A stretch of DNA of 64,000 bases, taken from contig JAHFCF010000004.1 in NCBI GenBank assembly GCA_023249645.1, positions 821 to 64,820 of the forward strand. The letters are read 5' to 3'. This DNA comes from Elusimicrobiota bacterium (GTDB lineage Bacteria > Elusimicrobiota > Elusimicrobia > UBA1565 > UBA9628). The position numbers and the translations under genes are program-made. The notes beneath the pieces were generated by a model. The model was not told the origin of the DNA. It did no database searches and saw only the letters and a list, made by a program, of their open reading frames with translations. Positions 1 to 8,969 of this stretch are shown here, one piece after another (positions within the stretch are counted from its first letter, which is position 1; every line of letters begins with the position of its first letter).

Positions 1-437
1 GCGTTGAGCACGACCTCGCGCAGGAAGCGCGCGAAGAGTAGCCCGCCGAAGAGGATCAGGAGCGCGCCGATGAGGATGGGCAAAAAAAGCGCGAAGCGCT
101 CCAGGAGCTCCGAGACGACGGTCAGATTGACCGCGTTGGCCGCCGAGACGATGAAGATGAAGAGGATGAACCAGTAGATGAGGAAGGAAAGGACATAGGA
201 GAGGGACTTGCCCATGCCCAGGCGCGCCAGGATCTCATTGATGCCGATCTTGCTGGTATAATCGTCGAGCTTGGCAGCCGTGAGGGCGCGGTCGCAGACC
301 GTGCGCAGGGCCCGCGCGATGAACATGCCCAGAAGCAGCAGAAGCAGGGCCGCCGCCATGCCGGGGATATGCGTGATAAGGCGATTATAGGCGTCGACGA
401 ATGGGTTTGTCATCGGGTCCAATGATGTGTTGTTCAT
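1..437 (-). CDS. Partial (N-terminal part) membrane protein, mechanosensitive-channel-like with 'conserved TM helix' type hydrophobic repeats; runs off the window edge
   Basis: Reverse-strand ATG at 435-437 gives MNNTSLDPMTNPFVDAYNRL.. followed by several hydrophobic helices; open to position 1. Not in ORF track because truncated. Confidence 0.4.
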   Translation of the reverse strand, partial: MNNTSLDPMTNPFVDAYNRLITHIPGMAAALLLLLLGMFIARALRTVCDRALTAAKLDDYTSKIGINEILARLGMGKSLSYVLSFLIYWFILFIFIVSAANAVNLTVVSELLERFALFLPILIGALLILFGGLLFARFLREVVLN

Positions 438-497
438 GGCGCTATTCTAGCACAAATGGGGTCAGGCCTTGAGTTTTGACTGAACGGCGGGATGGAT

Positions 498-986
498 CTA
501 CGAGGATTTCCAGGCGTGCTCTGAGACCACTTTTTCGAGTTGCTTCGTGGGCGTTGCCGCTGGTTTTTGTGAGGGTCCCTGATCGCCTTGGGTCGATGGC
601 GGGGCTAGATGGTTCGAACCTTTTGCCGTGCCTTGAGCGCCAGATCCTTGTGTCTGCTGGTGCTGGAGACCTTGGCTTCCTGCGATGATCACTGTAGCGG
701 CTTTATTGGCATCAGCATTGCTGATGGCGCTGGAGAGTGTTTTTGCACTTATGGCGGAGGTATCTTTTCTGTCCATGTTTTCAGGTGTGACTGCCGAGGC
801 ATCTGGTGAGGGAGCCAGTTGCTCGGCGGTCAGACGAGCGCATTTTTCAGCCGAGTCTGGGTTCTCTAACGCAAACAGGCATTGATCGAAGTCCTTGGAG
901 GGGGTGGGGATGGCTTGCGTCTGGAGTGGCCAGGCCAGCAGCAAGGCGGCGGTCAATCCGCTCAAAGGATAAGGATGAACTTTCAT
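498..986 (-). CDS. Hypothetical secreted low-complexity (Ala/Thr/Gln/Ser-rich) protein
   Basis: Internal Met of the 205-aa ORF (MKVHPYPLSGLTAALLLAWPLQTQA) is a clear signal peptide; rest is low complexity. Confidence 0.4.
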   Translation of the reverse strand: MKVHPYPLSGLTAALLLAWPLQTQAIPTPSKDFDQCLFALENPDSAEKCARLTAEQLAPSPDASAVTPENMDRKDTSAISAKTLSSAISNADANKAATVIIAGSQGLQHQQTQGSGAQGTAKGSNHLAPPSTQGDQGPSQKPAATPTKQLEKVVSEHAWKSS

Positions 987-1134
987 GGTTTTCTCGGTGC
1001 GCCATAGTGTAGACTGAAAACTCCATTTTCGCCATAGGTCTTTAGGCCTATACGCTCCTAGGTCCAAGGGCCTATTTTCCAAGTCGCCAAATTCTGTTGC
1101 GCCGTCCGTTTCCATATGCTACCATCACCGCCCG

Positions 1135-2604
1135 ATGATTCGATTCGGCACGGGCGGTTGGCGAAGCCTGCTTTCCGACGAGTTCACATTCCCCAACGTC
1201 CGGAAGGTGGCGCACGTCATCTCCGCTTTGGTCAAGGAACATCCCGACTACGGCGTCAACTCGCCGGACTACAAGGCTTTCCTGGGATCATCGAAGCCTG
1301 GCCCCGTCCCCCTGGTCGTCGTCGGTTATGACACGCGCTTCCTCTCCGATGAATGCGCCCGCGAACTCTGCGCCGTCTTCGCCTTGGACGGCGTCAAGAC
1401 CATCCTCTCATCGACGGACCTGCCCACTCCGGCCGTGGCGGCCGCCATCGTGGCCAAAAAAGCCATCGGCGGCCTCATGATCACGGGCTCTCAGAGTCCC
1501 GCCGCCTACAACGGCATCAAATGGATGCCCTTCTGGGGAGGGGCGGCCACGCCGGCCGTCACCGAGGACATCGAGCGCCGCGTGGAGCTTCTGGGCTCGC
1601 AGACGATCAAGACCATGTCCGTGGCCTTGCAGGAATCCTGGATCGAGACCACCGATCTGCGGCCCCTTTATTTCAGGCAACTTTCGTCTCTTTTGGATGT
1701 GAAGGCCATCCGCAAGGCAAGGCTCAAGGTCGCTGTCGATGTCATGCATGGCTCGGCCCGCCATTATCTGCGGCCCCTTCTGGAGAGCCTGGGCGTTGCG
1801 GTCGTCGCCCTGCATGAGAACCGCGACGTCCTCTTCGGCGGATGCGCGCCGGAGCCCTCGCCATCCTCTCTGACGGAGCTCTCTCAACTGGTAGTCAAGA
1901 AGAGACTGGCCTTGGGGCTGGCCTGCGACGGCGACGGCGACCGATTCGGCATCCTTGACGCGGGGGGGCGCTGGATCTCTCCCAATGAGGTTCTGGCCCT
2001 GGCATTGGATCACCTGGTGACCCATCGAGGCTTGACGGGCAAGGTGGCCCGCAACGTGATGACGTCCCATTTCGTGGATGCCGTGGCCAAATCCCACGGC
2101 CTGGAAGTGCGCGAAACGCCGGTCGGCTTCAAATTCATCGGAGACTTGATGCGCACCGGGCAGTTCCTTTTAGGTGGCGAAGAGTCCGCGGGGCTCGCGG
2201 TCCGCGGCCACGTTCCAGATAAGGACGGCGTCTTGGCCTGTCTCTTGATGCTGGAGCTGGTCGCTTGCGCCCGCCGACCCCTCACGGAGGTACGCAGCGC
2301 GCTTTTCAAGCGCGTTGGGGCCTTCCATTCCACCCGTCAGGACTTCGTCATGGCCAAGCCGCGAGAGATCCAGGAGCTCGACGAGAGGCTGCGCCTCAAG
2401 CCGCCCTTGGACTTAGCCGGCGGCTCGGTCTGGCGCATCGACCAGTCCGATGGGTTCAAGTTCATCTTCCGCGACGGCAGCTGGCTGGGGCTGCGTTCCT
2501 CCGGCACGGAGCAGGTGTTCCGCCTCTACGCCGAGGCGCATGACCCCAAGAGGCTCGCCGCCCTGGTCGCCGCTGGAAAACAGCTTCTGCAGGGGAGATT
2601 CTGA
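1135..2604 (+). CDS. Phosphoglucomutase/phosphomannomutase family (alpha-D-phosphohexomutase)
   Basis: N-terminal FGTGGWR, GYDTRF, DGDGDR metal-binding loop, GGEESAG; active-site serine loop reads TGSQSPAAYNG instead of canonical T-A-S-H-N-P. Confidence 0.85.
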   Translation: MIRFGTGGWRSLLSDEFTFPNVRKVAHVISALVKEHPDYGVNSPDYKAFLGSSKPGPVPLVVVGYDTRFLSDECARELCAVFALDGVKTILSSTDLPTPAVAAAIVAKKAIGGLMITGSQSPAAYNGIKWMPFWGGAATPAVTEDIERRVELLGSQTIKTMSVALQESWIETTDLRPLYFRQLSSLLDVKAIRKARLKVAVDVMHGSARHYLRPLLESLGVAVVALHENRDVLFGGCAPEPSPSSLTELSQLVVKKRLALGLACDGDGDRFGILDAGGRWISPNEVLALALDHLVTHRGLTGKVARNVMTSHFVDAVAKSHGLEVRETPVGFKFIGDLMRTGQFLLGGEESAGLAVRGHVPDKDGVLACLLMLELVACARRPLTEVRSALFKRVGAFHSTRQDFVMAKPREIQELDERLRLKPPLDLAGGSVWRIDQSDGFKFIFRDGSWLGLRSSGTEQVFRLYAEAHDPKRLAALVAAGKQLLQGRF

Positions 2605-3902
2605 TGGCTAAGATCGCTTCGATCCGCGCTTTGGAGATCCTGGATTCCCGCGGTTTTCCGACCGTGGAGACCGAGGTCCGCTTGGATGACGGGACCGCGG
2701 CCAGCGCGCTGGTGCCCAGCGGAGCGTCTACCGGCGAGCATGAGGCCGTGGAACTCAGAGACGGCGACAAGGCCCGGTTCAACGGCAAGGGTGTTTTGAA
2801 GGCCGTTTCTCATGTCGAAGGCCCCTTGCAGAAGCTCTTGAAGGGTACAGACCCTCGCGACCAGGCGGCGCTCGACAAGGCCTTGATCGCTGCGGACGGC
2901 ACCGCCAACAAGGGCAAGCTCGGCGCCAACGCGCTTTTGTCCGTCTCCATGGCCGCCTGCCGCGCCGCGGCGCTCTCGGCGAAGATGCCGCTCGTCAGCC
3001 ATCTGCGCAAGACTTTCGGTCTGCCTGAGGGGGAATGGCTCCTGCCGACGCCCATGCTCAATGTCATCAACGGCGGCAAGCACGCGGACAGCGGCTTGGA
3101 CGTGCAGGAATTCATGCTGGTTCCCGTGGGCTGCGGATCTTTCCATGAGGCCCTGCGCGCGGGAGCCGAGATCTATCAGGCTCTCAAGAAGATTTTAGTA
3201 GGAATGAAAATGACCGTCTCCGTCGGTGATGAGGGCGGCTTCGCTCCCCAGCTCAAGGACCATGCCTCGGCCTTGGATGTCCTGACCGACTCCATCGCCA
3301 AGGCCGGCTATGCCGGCAAGGTGCGTCTGGGACTCGATTCCGCGGCCAGCGAATTCTACAAAGACGGCGCCTATCGCTTCGAGGGAAAGCCGCGCACCGC
3401 GGCGGAGATGACGGAGATCTACGGCTCTTGGCAGAAGAAATACGGCATCATCTCTTACGAGGATCCCTTAGCCGAGGATGATTGGGACGGCTGGAAGCAC
3501 ATGACCGGCAAGCTCGGGACCGAGGTCCGCATCATCGGCGACGACCTCTTCGTGACCAACCCCGAACGCTTGAAGCGCGGCATCAAGGAGAAGACAGCCA
3601 ACTCCATCCTCATCAAGCTCAACCAGATCGGGACCGTGAGCGAGACCGTGGAGGCGATTAGGACCGCGCATGCGGCGGGCTACTCCACCGTCATCTCGCA
3701 CCGCTCCGGAGAGACCGAGGATGCCTTCATCGCGGATTTCGCCGTGGCCATGAATGCCGGAGCCATCAAGACCGGCGCGCCCTGCCGTTCGGAGAGGTTG
3801 GCCAAGTACAATCAGCTCCTGCGTCTAGAGCGCGACTTGGGCACGAAGGCCCGCTATGCCGGGGATGCGTGCTTCAAGCTGGCGTCTAAGACGGCGCGCT
3901 GA
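2604..3902 (+). CDS. eno: Enolase (phosphopyruvate hydratase)
   Basis: MAKIASIRALEILDSRGFPTVE..., SGASTGEHEA, full-length 432 aa with classic enolase motifs; start overlaps preceding stop (TGATG). Confidence 0.97.
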   Translation: MAKIASIRALEILDSRGFPTVETEVRLDDGTAASALVPSGASTGEHEAVELRDGDKARFNGKGVLKAVSHVEGPLQKLLKGTDPRDQAALDKALIAADGTANKGKLGANALLSVSMAACRAAALSAKMPLVSHLRKTFGLPEGEWLLPTPMLNVINGGKHADSGLDVQEFMLVPVGCGSFHEALRAGAEIYQALKKILVGMKMTVSVGDEGGFAPQLKDHASALDVLTDSIAKAGYAGKVRLGLDSAASEFYKDGAYRFEGKPRTAAEMTEIYGSWQKKYGIISYEDPLAEDDWDGWKHMTGKLGTEVRIIGDDLFVTNPERLKRGIKEKTANSILIKLNQIGTVSETVEAIRTAHAAGYSTVISHRSGETEDAFIADFAVAMNAGAIKTGAPCRSERLAKYNQLLRLERDLGTKARYAGDACFKLASKTAR

Positions 3903-3944
3903 GTCCGAGTTTTTGGCCGGCCCATGCTTCTCGTCTCATTGTGA

Positions 3945-3950
3945 TATAAT
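3945..3950 (+). promoter_or_regulatory. Candidate extended -10 (TGaTATAAT) promoter element upstream of ftsB
   Basis: tgaTATAAT at 3942-3950, ~20 nt upstream of ftsB start in an AT-rich 70-nt gap. Confidence 0.3.
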
Positions 3951-3971
3951 TTAATTTCTATTCTCTCTCCC

Positions 3972-4268
3972 ATGAACATCTCGTCTCAGGTCACCTGGCT
4001 GCGCGTCCGATGGATCAAGGTTTTGGCGACCATCGGCCTCCTCGCCGTCTTTTTCGGCGGACGCGGTTTCCGCAGCCTGACGGCCAATTGGCTCGAGCTG
4101 CGCCGGCTGCGCCGCGAGATCGCCCAGCTGGAAGCCGCCAACACGAAGGCCGAGGCGCGCTTGAAGGAGCTCAAGGGCAACGACACGGCCTTGGAGCGGG
4201 AAGTCCGCAAGGTCGGTTTCCTCAAATCCGGAGAGATCGAATACCGTTTTGAGCCTCCCAAGCATTGA
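3972..4268 (+). CDS. ftsB: Cell division protein FtsB/DivIC family (septum formation initiator)
   Basis: 98 aa, N-terminal TM helix followed by coiled-coil (LELRRLRREIAQLEAANTKAEARLKELK); position immediately after eno as in many proteobacteria. Confidence 0.8.
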   Translation: MNISSQVTWLRVRWIKVLATIGLLAVFFGGRGFRSLTANWLELRRLRREIAQLEAANTKAEARLKELKGNDTALEREVRKVGFLKSGEIEYRFEPPKH

Positions 4269-4861
4269 ACCCGCCCATGGCTGATATTTTTCTCAGACAA
4301 TTGGCCGTCGGGCCGATGCAGAATTTCTCCTATCTCGTCGGCGCGGCTGCCGGCCAGGAATGCGTGGTCGTGGATCCGGGATGGGACGCTGAAAAGATCC
4401 TCGCCTCCGCTCGCTCCGAGGGGCGCCGCATCGCGGCGATCCTGCTGACCCACGGGCATTTCGACCATCTCGGGGCTCTCAAGGAGCTCTCGCGCGCGGT
4501 TCCCGTTCCCGTGATCTCTTCTCAGGGCAAGGACCAGGATGCGGCCTTCGCCGGTCTGGAATTGCGGTTCCTGCATACCCCCGGGCATACCCCTGATTCC
4601 CAGTGCATCCTGGCCGCGGGCCAGCTCTTCACCGGGGACACCCTTTTCCTTGACTGCTGCGGCCGCACGGACCTGCCAGGATCGAGCCCCGCCCAGATGC
4701 ACCAGAGCCTGCGGCGTCTGGCGGAGTTGCCTGCGCCGACGATGATCTGGCCCGGCCATGATTACGGACCCAAGCCTTCCGCGACCTTGGGCGAAGTCCT
4801 CCAGTTCAACCCCTATCTGGCGGCCGCCACCCTGCAGGATTTCCTCAAACTGGAGGGATGA
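4265..4861 (+). CDS. MBL-fold metallo-hydrolase (glyoxalase II-like)
   Basis: THGHFDHLGAL, HTPGHTPDS, GDTLF, HDYG motifs; ATGA overlap with ftsB stop and with lgt start. Confidence 0.75.
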   Translation: MNPPMADIFLRQLAVGPMQNFSYLVGAAAGQECVVVDPGWDAEKILASARSEGRRIAAILLTHGHFDHLGALKELSRAVPVPVISSQGKDQDAAFAGLELRFLHTPGHTPDSQCILAAGQLFTGDTLFLDCCGRTDLPGSSPAQMHQSLRRLAELPAPTMIWPGHDYGPKPSATLGEVLQFNPYLAAATLQDFLKLEG

Positions 4862-5652
4862 TGCAGCCTGTCTTGTTTTCTTTTTTGGGCTGGCGCTTCT
4901 ACAGCTACGGCCTGCTGATCGCTGTGGGCGGTCTGGCTGCGTACCGGCTCTGGCATTCGCAGCGGCGCTCGATGGGCCTGCGCAGCGACGAAGATTTTTG
5001 GCTCCTGCTCAATTTCCTCTTTTTGGGCGGATTCATCGGCGGCCGGATCCTTTATCTCGTGGAATATGTTCCTTATAGATGGCCTGAGCTCAAGGCGGCG
5101 CTCTTCTCCTTCAACAGCGGCTTTTCCGTGCTGGGGGCTTTCGGCGGGGTCGTGGCCGCTGTCTGGGTATTCGCTTGCTGGCGCCGATGCGGATTCCTGA
5201 GCATGCTCGATCACGTGTGCCTGGGCGCCGCGCTGTGGCATGTCTTCGGCCGCCTGGGCTGTTTTGCCGCCGGCTGCTGCTATGGACGGCCAACAGTCCG
5301 TGCCTGGGGCGTGCGGTTCACGGATCCGTCGTCCATGGTTCCCGTCGGCCTGCGGGGCGTCGCTCTGCATCCGACCCAGCTTTATGAAGCTGCCGGCGAA
5401 CTGCTGATTTTCCTGTGCCTATGGTTAGCGGTGCGGCCGTGTCTGGAGCGAGGACAGATTAAGCCTGGTTTTTTGACCGGAGCTTATTTCCTGGCTTACA
5501 GCATCCTGCGCTTCTCCTTGGAGTTCTGGCGCGGCGACACGGCGCCGGGCCTCGTTGGTTTATCCGCTGGACAGATTCTATCCCTTGGACTCGGATTCGC
5601 GGGCCTTGGACTGATCCTATGGAGGCGTGAAGCGCCATGCATCCTGTCCTGA
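4858..5652 (+). CDS. lgt: Prolipoprotein diacylglyceryl transferase (Lgt), paralog 1
   Basis: Multi-TM protein with GGRILY, HPTQLYE, RFSLEFWRGD Lgt-family blocks; signature region reads GRLGCFAAGCCYGRPT. Confidence 0.85.
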   Translation: MMQPVLFSFLGWRFYSYGLLIAVGGLAAYRLWHSQRRSMGLRSDEDFWLLLNFLFLGGFIGGRILYLVEYVPYRWPELKAALFSFNSGFSVLGAFGGVVAAVWVFACWRRCGFLSMLDHVCLGAALWHVFGRLGCFAAGCCYGRPTVRAWGVRFTDPSSMVPVGLRGVALHPTQLYEAAGELLIFLCLWLAVRPCLERGQIKPGFLTGAYFLAYSILRFSLEFWRGDTAPGLVGLSAGQILSLGLGFAGLGLILWRREAPCILS

Positions 5653-6422
5653 TCCAATACGGAGTCTTCAAGCTCCCCACCTACGGGGTCTTCGTCGCCC
5701 TGGGCTATCTGGCGGGCATCCTGTGGCTGCAGAGCCGCCGGCAGGAGATGGGCCTCGATGAGACGAAGTTCTGGCGCCTCATCTATGTCCTCTTCTTCGG
5801 CGCCATCGCCGGGGGAAAGCTCATGTACTGGGCCGTCTCCTATCGCGAGATCGTTTCCGGCCGGCTTTCCCTGTTCGGCGATCTGCGCTATGGCTTCGTC
5901 TTCTTCGGCGGCGTTCTGGGCGCGGCGGCGCTGGCCTGGGTCGCGAAATGGTGGCTCGGCTTCGAGTTCCTCTCCCTGGCTGATTATTTCAGCGCGGTTC
6001 TGCCCTTGGGTCATGCGGTGGGACGCCTGGGTTGTTTGGCGGCCGGGTGTTGCTATGGCCGGCCGACGACCCTGCCTTGGGGCGTTGTTCTGGGCGGAGA
6101 TCCGGCGAGTTCCACGCCTCTCGAACTCTGGGGAGTGCCGCTGCATCCCACGCAGATCTATGAGTCGCTGGCCAATCTCCTCATCTGGCTCTTTTTAGCT
6201 TTTGCCCTCCTGCCGAAGGTCACAAGTCGCCGCCTGAGAGCAGGAACCGTTTTCTTCTCCTACGCGATCCTCTACGGCTCGGCGCGCTTTGTCATCGAGT
6301 TCTTCCGTTACGATGACCGCGGGGCGTCGCTCTACCCCTTTTCCATCTCGCAGTGGATTTCCCTGGCCGCCATCTTCCTGGCGGCCGGCTTGCTGATGAA
6401 GCGGGGAGTCAAGGCCCGATGA
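5637..6422 (+). CDS. lgt: Prolipoprotein diacylglyceryl transferase (Lgt), paralog 2 (tandem duplicate)
   Basis: Same architecture: GGKLMY, HPTQIYE, RFVIEFFRYDD; signature GRLGCLAAGCCYGRPT; overlaps paralog 1 by 16 nt. Confidence 0.85.
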   Translation: MHPVLIQYGVFKLPTYGVFVALGYLAGILWLQSRRQEMGLDETKFWRLIYVLFFGAIAGGKLMYWAVSYREIVSGRLSLFGDLRYGFVFFGGVLGAAALAWVAKWWLGFEFLSLADYFSAVLPLGHAVGRLGCLAAGCCYGRPTTLPWGVVLGGDPASSTPLELWGVPLHPTQIYESLANLLIWLFLAFALLPKVTSRRLRAGTVFFSYAILYGSARFVIEFFRYDDRGASLYPFSISQWISLAAIFLAAGLLMKRGVKAR

Positions 6423-7363
6423 ACACTCTCCGGGAGCGTTTTATCTGCGAGGAGCTGGGAACTCGTCTCGATAAATTCCTGGCCCTTCGCCTGCCGCGCT
6501 TGAGCCGCGGCCATGTCCAAAGGCTCATCGCCCAGGGGCTGGTGCGGGTGAACGGCCGGACGGCCGAGAGCGACAGGAAACTGGACGCCGGCGACGTGGT
6601 GGAGATGGATCAAAAGCCTGAGAGTTGGGAGGAGCCCTTCGGCTCCTTCGAGGATTGGGTCCTCCATGAAGACAAGCATCTGCTGGTTCTGAACAAGCCC
6701 GCGGGATTGCTCATGCATCCCTTGGGGACCAGCTGGCTCGCCGAGCCGGGGGCCGCCTCCTTCGAGAGGGAGCCGAACCTGGCCGGACTTCTTTTCAAGC
6801 ACCGGCCCCAGGTCGTGCAAACCGGCACGCCCCGTTGCGGCATCGTCCATCGTCTCGACCGCTTCACGAGCGGGGTCCTGCTCGTGGCCAAGACCCCGGC
6901 AGCCTCCGAGGACCTGGTCCGCCAGTTCAAGGACAGGAGCATCGCCAAGACCTATCGCGCCGTGGTCCGCGGCGCGTGGTCGGGCCGCCGCGCTTCGGTG
7001 GACGCGCCGATCGGGCGCAGGCCCGGCCATCGCCGCATCATTGCCACGCAGTTCGGCAAAAAGGCTTCCACCGGATTCACGCTTTTGGAGTCGTGCCCCG
7101 GCGGAGCCTTGGTCGAGGCAAAGCCTTTGACCGGCCGCACGCATCAGATCCGGGCGCACCTTCAGCTGTTGGGGCACCCGGTCATGGGGGATGAGGAATT
7201 CGATCGGAGCGGCGCGGGGAGTCTGGCCGCGCCGCGCCTGATGCTGCATGCCTATCGGATCGAATGCGCCCACCCGGTCTCTGGTCGACGGCTCTCCTTC
7301 CTCGCTCGCATCCCTCGCGACATGCGTGAGTTCTGGAGACTCTGCCGGGGGCAGGGGGCATGA
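6419..7363 (+). CDS. RluA-family 23S rRNA/tRNA pseudouridine synthase (RluD/RluC-like, S4 domain + catalytic domain)
   Basis: S4-like N-terminus (LDKFLALRL..RGHVQRLIAQGLVRVNG), catalytic HRLDRFTSGVLLVAKT motif; ATG at 6419 overlaps lgt2 stop (ATGA). Confidence 0.85.
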   Translation: MNTLRERFICEELGTRLDKFLALRLPRLSRGHVQRLIAQGLVRVNGRTAESDRKLDAGDVVEMDQKPESWEEPFGSFEDWVLHEDKHLLVLNKPAGLLMHPLGTSWLAEPGAASFEREPNLAGLLFKHRPQVVQTGTPRCGIVHRLDRFTSGVLLVAKTPAASEDLVRQFKDRSIAKTYRAVVRGAWSGRRASVDAPIGRRPGHRRIIATQFGKKASTGFTLLESCPGGALVEAKPLTGRTHQIRAHLQLLGHPVMGDEEFDRSGAGSLAAPRLMLHAYRIECAHPVSGRRLSFLARIPRDMREFWRLCRGQGA

Positions 7364-7381
7364 CGCGCGGCTCCGTGCAAG

Positions 7382-7395
7382 GATGATTTTTGTCA
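7382..7395. promoter_or_regulatory. ATGAT-N4-GTCAT inverted-repeat box upstream of Rieske/cyt b/multiheme operon
   Basis: ATGATttttGTCAT at 7382-7395 in AT-rich 115-nt intergenic gap; same box architecture recurs at 11641, 11663, 24934, 58689. Confidence 0.3.
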
Positions 7396-7479
7396 TTTTT
7401 CTTGAGCGCGATTATAACTATGATGCATCTTGAGGATATGGAACAATTTCCTTTATTCCCCGCCGGGAGGGCTTGAGTC

Positions 7480-7914
7480 GTGGAATCCATGACCCGCAAA
7501 AGATTCTTGAACCTGCTCCTGGGCGGCGGCGTGCTGGGCTGCCTCGGCTCGGTGATCTATCCCGTCCTGCGTTATCTGCTGCCGCCCGAACAGGTGGAGG
7601 CCGAGCCGGACACGCTGAAGGCCGGGACGATGAAGGATTTTCCCATCGGAGCCAGCAAGATCTTCAAGTTCGGCCGCCAACCCGTCATCGTGATCCGCGA
7701 CGTCAAGGGCGTCTTCCACGCCTTGACCGCGACGTGCACGCATCTCGACTGCATCGTACAATACAGCAAGGAAGCGGACCTGATCTGGTGCGCCTGCCAT
7801 AATGGGAAATACGATCTGAGCGGCAAGAACATCTCGGGTCCGCCGCCCCGGCCGCTGCAGGCGTTCACGGTGAGCGTCAAGGGCGAGGATGTCCTGGTGG
7901 TGAGGACGGCATGA
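7480..7914 (+). CDS. Rieske [2Fe-2S] subunit of a cytochrome bc/b6f-type complex
   Basis: CTHLDC...CACHNGKY Rieske boxes, N-terminal RKRFLN Tat-like signal; GGAGG RBS 9 nt upstream of GTG 7480. Confidence 0.9.
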   Translation: MESMTRKRFLNLLLGGGVLGCLGSVIYPVLRYLLPPEQVEAEPDTLKAGTMKDFPIGASKIFKFGRQPVIVIRDVKGVFHALTATCTHLDCIVQYSKEADLIWCACHNGKYDLSGKNISGPPPRPLQAFTVSVKGEDVLVVRTA

Positions 7915-8969
7915 ACGTTCTCAGCGGCCAGCTGCTGGATTGGGTCGATGAAAGGCTGCATGTGCGCCCGCTCATCGAGATGGCCCGGCATAAGGCCGTG
8001 CCGGTGCACCGGGGCAGCGTTTTCTATTACGCGGGCGGGGTCTGTCTCTTCCTTTTTATCCTGCAGGTGGCTTCGGGCATCCTCCTCTTGATGTACTATC
8101 GCGTGGGGGCCGACTCTTCCTATGAGAGCGTCCGGTACATCTCCGCGAAGGTGTCCTTCGGCTGGCTCATCCGTTCGGTCCACAGCTGGGGCGCCAACAT
8201 CATGATCTTCTTCGTGCTCACGCATATGTTCAGCGTCTTCCTGATGAAGGCCTTCCGCAATCCCCGGGAACTGACCTGGATGTCCGGCTGCGTCCTTTTG
8301 GGCCTGTCCATGGCTTTCGGATTCAGCGGGTATCTTCTGCCCTGGAACGAGCTGGCCTTCTTCGCCACGAAAGTGGGGACCGACATCATCGGCCAGGTCC
8401 CTCTCGTCGGCCATTGGATGCTCAAGATCGTCCGCGGCGGCGACGAGGTCACGGGGGCGACGCTTTCGCGATTCTTCGGCCTTCACGTGGCCGTGCTTCC
8501 GGCGCTGCTGTCTGTGACCATCGGGCTGCATCTGACTTTCGTGCAGATCCAGGGCATGGCCGAGGTGCGAGAGGCCAAGAAGACCATGCCTTTCTTCCCG
8601 AATTTCTTCCTGCGGGACGCCATGCTCTGGTTGGTGGTCTTGAACGCGGTCGCGATCCTGTCGGTCTTCTTCCCCTGGGAATTGGGCAAGAAGGCCGAGG
8701 CCTTGTCTTCGGCGCCGGCCGGCATCAAGCCTGAATGGTATTTCCTGTCGCAGTACCAGTTCCTCAAGCTCCTGCCGCCGCGCATCCTCCTGATCCCCGG
8801 CGAGCTCTGGGGGATCATGGTGCTCGGTACGACCGGAGGCCTTTTGTTCCTGACGCCCTTCTGGGAGAAAGCCTTGCCTGAAGAGAGGAAAGAGATCGTC
8901 GTCCGCCTGCTCGGTTGGGGAGGCCTGGCCGTGCTCCTGGCCATGACCCTGTGGGGGTACCTCTCATGA
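7911..8969 (+). CDS. Cytochrome b (fused cytochrome b6 / subunit IV type) of the bc complex
   Basis: 352 aa, multiple TM helices with conserved His pairs, PEWYF motif; ATGA overlap with Rieske gene. Confidence 0.9.
   Translation: MNVLSGQLLDWVDERLHVRPLIEMARHKAVPVHRGSVFYYAGGVCLFLFILQVASGILLLMYYRVGADSSYESVRYISAKVSFGWLIRSVHSWGANIMIFFVLTHMFSVFLMKAFRNPRELTWMSGCVLLGLSMAFGFSGYLLPWNELAFFATKVGTDIIGQVPLVGHWMLKIVRGGDEVTGATLSRFFGLHVAVLPALLSVTIGLHLTFVQIQGMAEVREAKKTMPFFPNFFLRDAMLWLVVLNAVAILSVFFPWELGKKAEALSSAPAGIKPEWYFLSQYQFLKLLPPRILLIPGELWGIMVLGTTGGLLFLTPFWEKALPEERKEIVVRLLGWGGLAVLLAMTLWGYLS

Noticed and set aside
3903-3940. Possible intrinsic terminator after eno (GGCCGGCC palindrome preceded by TTTTT)
   Set aside because: The T-run precedes rather than follows the short GC palindrome, and there is no convincing stem; a promoter -10 just downstream was recorded instead.
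6332-7396. 354-aa ORF on the minus strand spanning the rluA region
   Set aside because: Antisense shadow ORF typical of high-GC DNA; the plus-strand product has clear RluA-family motifs and the minus-strand translation is Arg/Ala/Pro-rich with no recognisable domain.
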